From the NCBI GenBank assembly GCA_038496445.1, contig JALMLS010000520.1:186001-250000 (forward strand): a stretch of 64,000 nt of DNA, in the 5' to 3' direction. The DNA comes from Trichosphaerium sp. ATCC 40318. Taxonomy: Eukaryota > Protista > Tubulinea. The translations under genes were made by a program, and so were the position numbers. Numbering within the stretch: the first letter of the stretch is position 1; every line of letters begins with the position of its first letter. The notes beneath the pieces were generated by a model. That model was not told where the DNA came from. It worked only from the letters and a program-made list of their open reading frames with translations, and ran no database searches. Below, one piece after another: positions 62,917-64,000 of this stretch.

Positions 62917-63925
62917 GTTGCGTTGCTTGTGTTGTTGTTGTGACAATGGTTTAATATGGTATGGCTTAGTTTGTTCTCCATTCACAATTTCTTGCGCTAG
63001 TCGTCTAAGTTTGGTATTGTACTAGCGCCCAGTATTGGAATGGTTGGAAGATAGTTCAAGTTGTACAAGCAACTGTCGCAAAAGACACGTGATCAAGATT
63101 GAAACAGCAAAAAAGTTTACCAAACGATAAAGTTAAATTGTGCGTAGCGCTATTCTACAAAACTCATCAGCTCCATTAGTAATCATGCCATAAATACTAC
63201 AACGAACAAAGAACGGCTTATACTGCGCTGCTATTATACTAGCGATTGAATTTTCCTCGGGAAAAGAACCCGACTTTCGTTCACATCATGACACCTAAAT
63301 GAACTACAAAAGTAAGCTAGATGCCCTAATACAAAAGCGGAGGAATACTTACTACGACAAATGTGCTCTAAAATGAAAAAGAAACTAACAACATTTCCAG
63401 TTAGGAGTCAGACTCTATAAATACACGTGACAGATTGTTCTTTTACTTTATGAATAGGGTCGCTTTATTTAGCAACAAACAATCCAAAAGGTTTTGTCGT
63501 GACGTCACAACTACAATTTTAGCTATGTAGTGTTAATAATTAAAATACTCCAACCCAATGAAGATGGATTTTACGTTAAAATACTCGGGCAATTTATCCC
63601 GAGCACGATGGAGATTTTTAGCGATTTTTCATTTCGTCTTTGATTTTTCTTCCTGATAGTAATTTCACCAAAGACTTTCAATGTACTCCTAGTCAAGGGT
63701 AGAAGCGCTATTTACAGTACCTAGTTGTAAACCAATAGGTACACTTGTGAATTAAATACAAATGAAACTATGCATATTGCCAGGCTTCGACAAACCCTAA
63801 ACTCAAAAACTTGTATAAAAGAGCTTACTTACAAGCGTATAGCTTGTAGAGCCATGCCTACAATTTAAAAAAATGACGCTATACAATTACAAACACATGT
63901 TTTTCGATGTGTCACATTGGTATTC

Positions 63926-63989
63926 TAATGCCCTTCCGTTACGAATGAATAATATGAATTATTGTATTCAAATACAGCCAGTATTCATG
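63926..63989 (+). repeat. dispersed repeat (copies at 5233-5292 inverted, partial at about 47046-47059)
   Basis: Shared CTTCCGTTA.GAATGAATAATATGAAT with 5233-5292 and AGCCAGTATTCATG with 47046-47059. Confidence 0.65.
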
Positions 63990-64000
63990 AGTATAAACAG

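Noticed and set aside
1-64000. Prokaryotic operon, CRISPR array or phage-defence island
   Set aside because: Genes are spliceosomal and eukaryotic; no regularly spaced repeat-spacer array is seen.

Overview
AT-rich, gene-dense eukaryotic nuclear DNA with many short spliceosomal introns (mostly 40-60 nt; GTACGT/GTATGT/GTAAGT donors, CTAAC-like branch points). It is most likely from an amoeboid protist (inference). The supplied ORF track only catches exon fragments, so gene models were rebuilt by eye and some termini are approximate. Housekeeping genes: RNF126-like E3 (5' part), HIBADH, WASP, C2-RhoGAP, CBR4/FabG-like SDR, RPL27A, proline-racemase family enzyme, two tRNA-Val(AAC), leishmanolysin and a BBE-like FAD oxidase. 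Most notable accessory content: (1) two tandem ankyrin-repeat + PARP (H-Y-E) + coiled-coil genes whose ankyrin arrays are built from one-repeat-per-exon modules (4 vs 10), next to a stand-alone PARP-type zinc-finger gene; (2) two clusters holding eight F-box genes with different C-terminal modules (SPRY, MORN x2, LRR x3, NHL and a Ras GTPase); (3) an intronless secreted PL14 polysaccharide lyase; (4) strong enrichment of CACGTG in long introns and intergenic DNA, several GC-AG introns and micro-exons.
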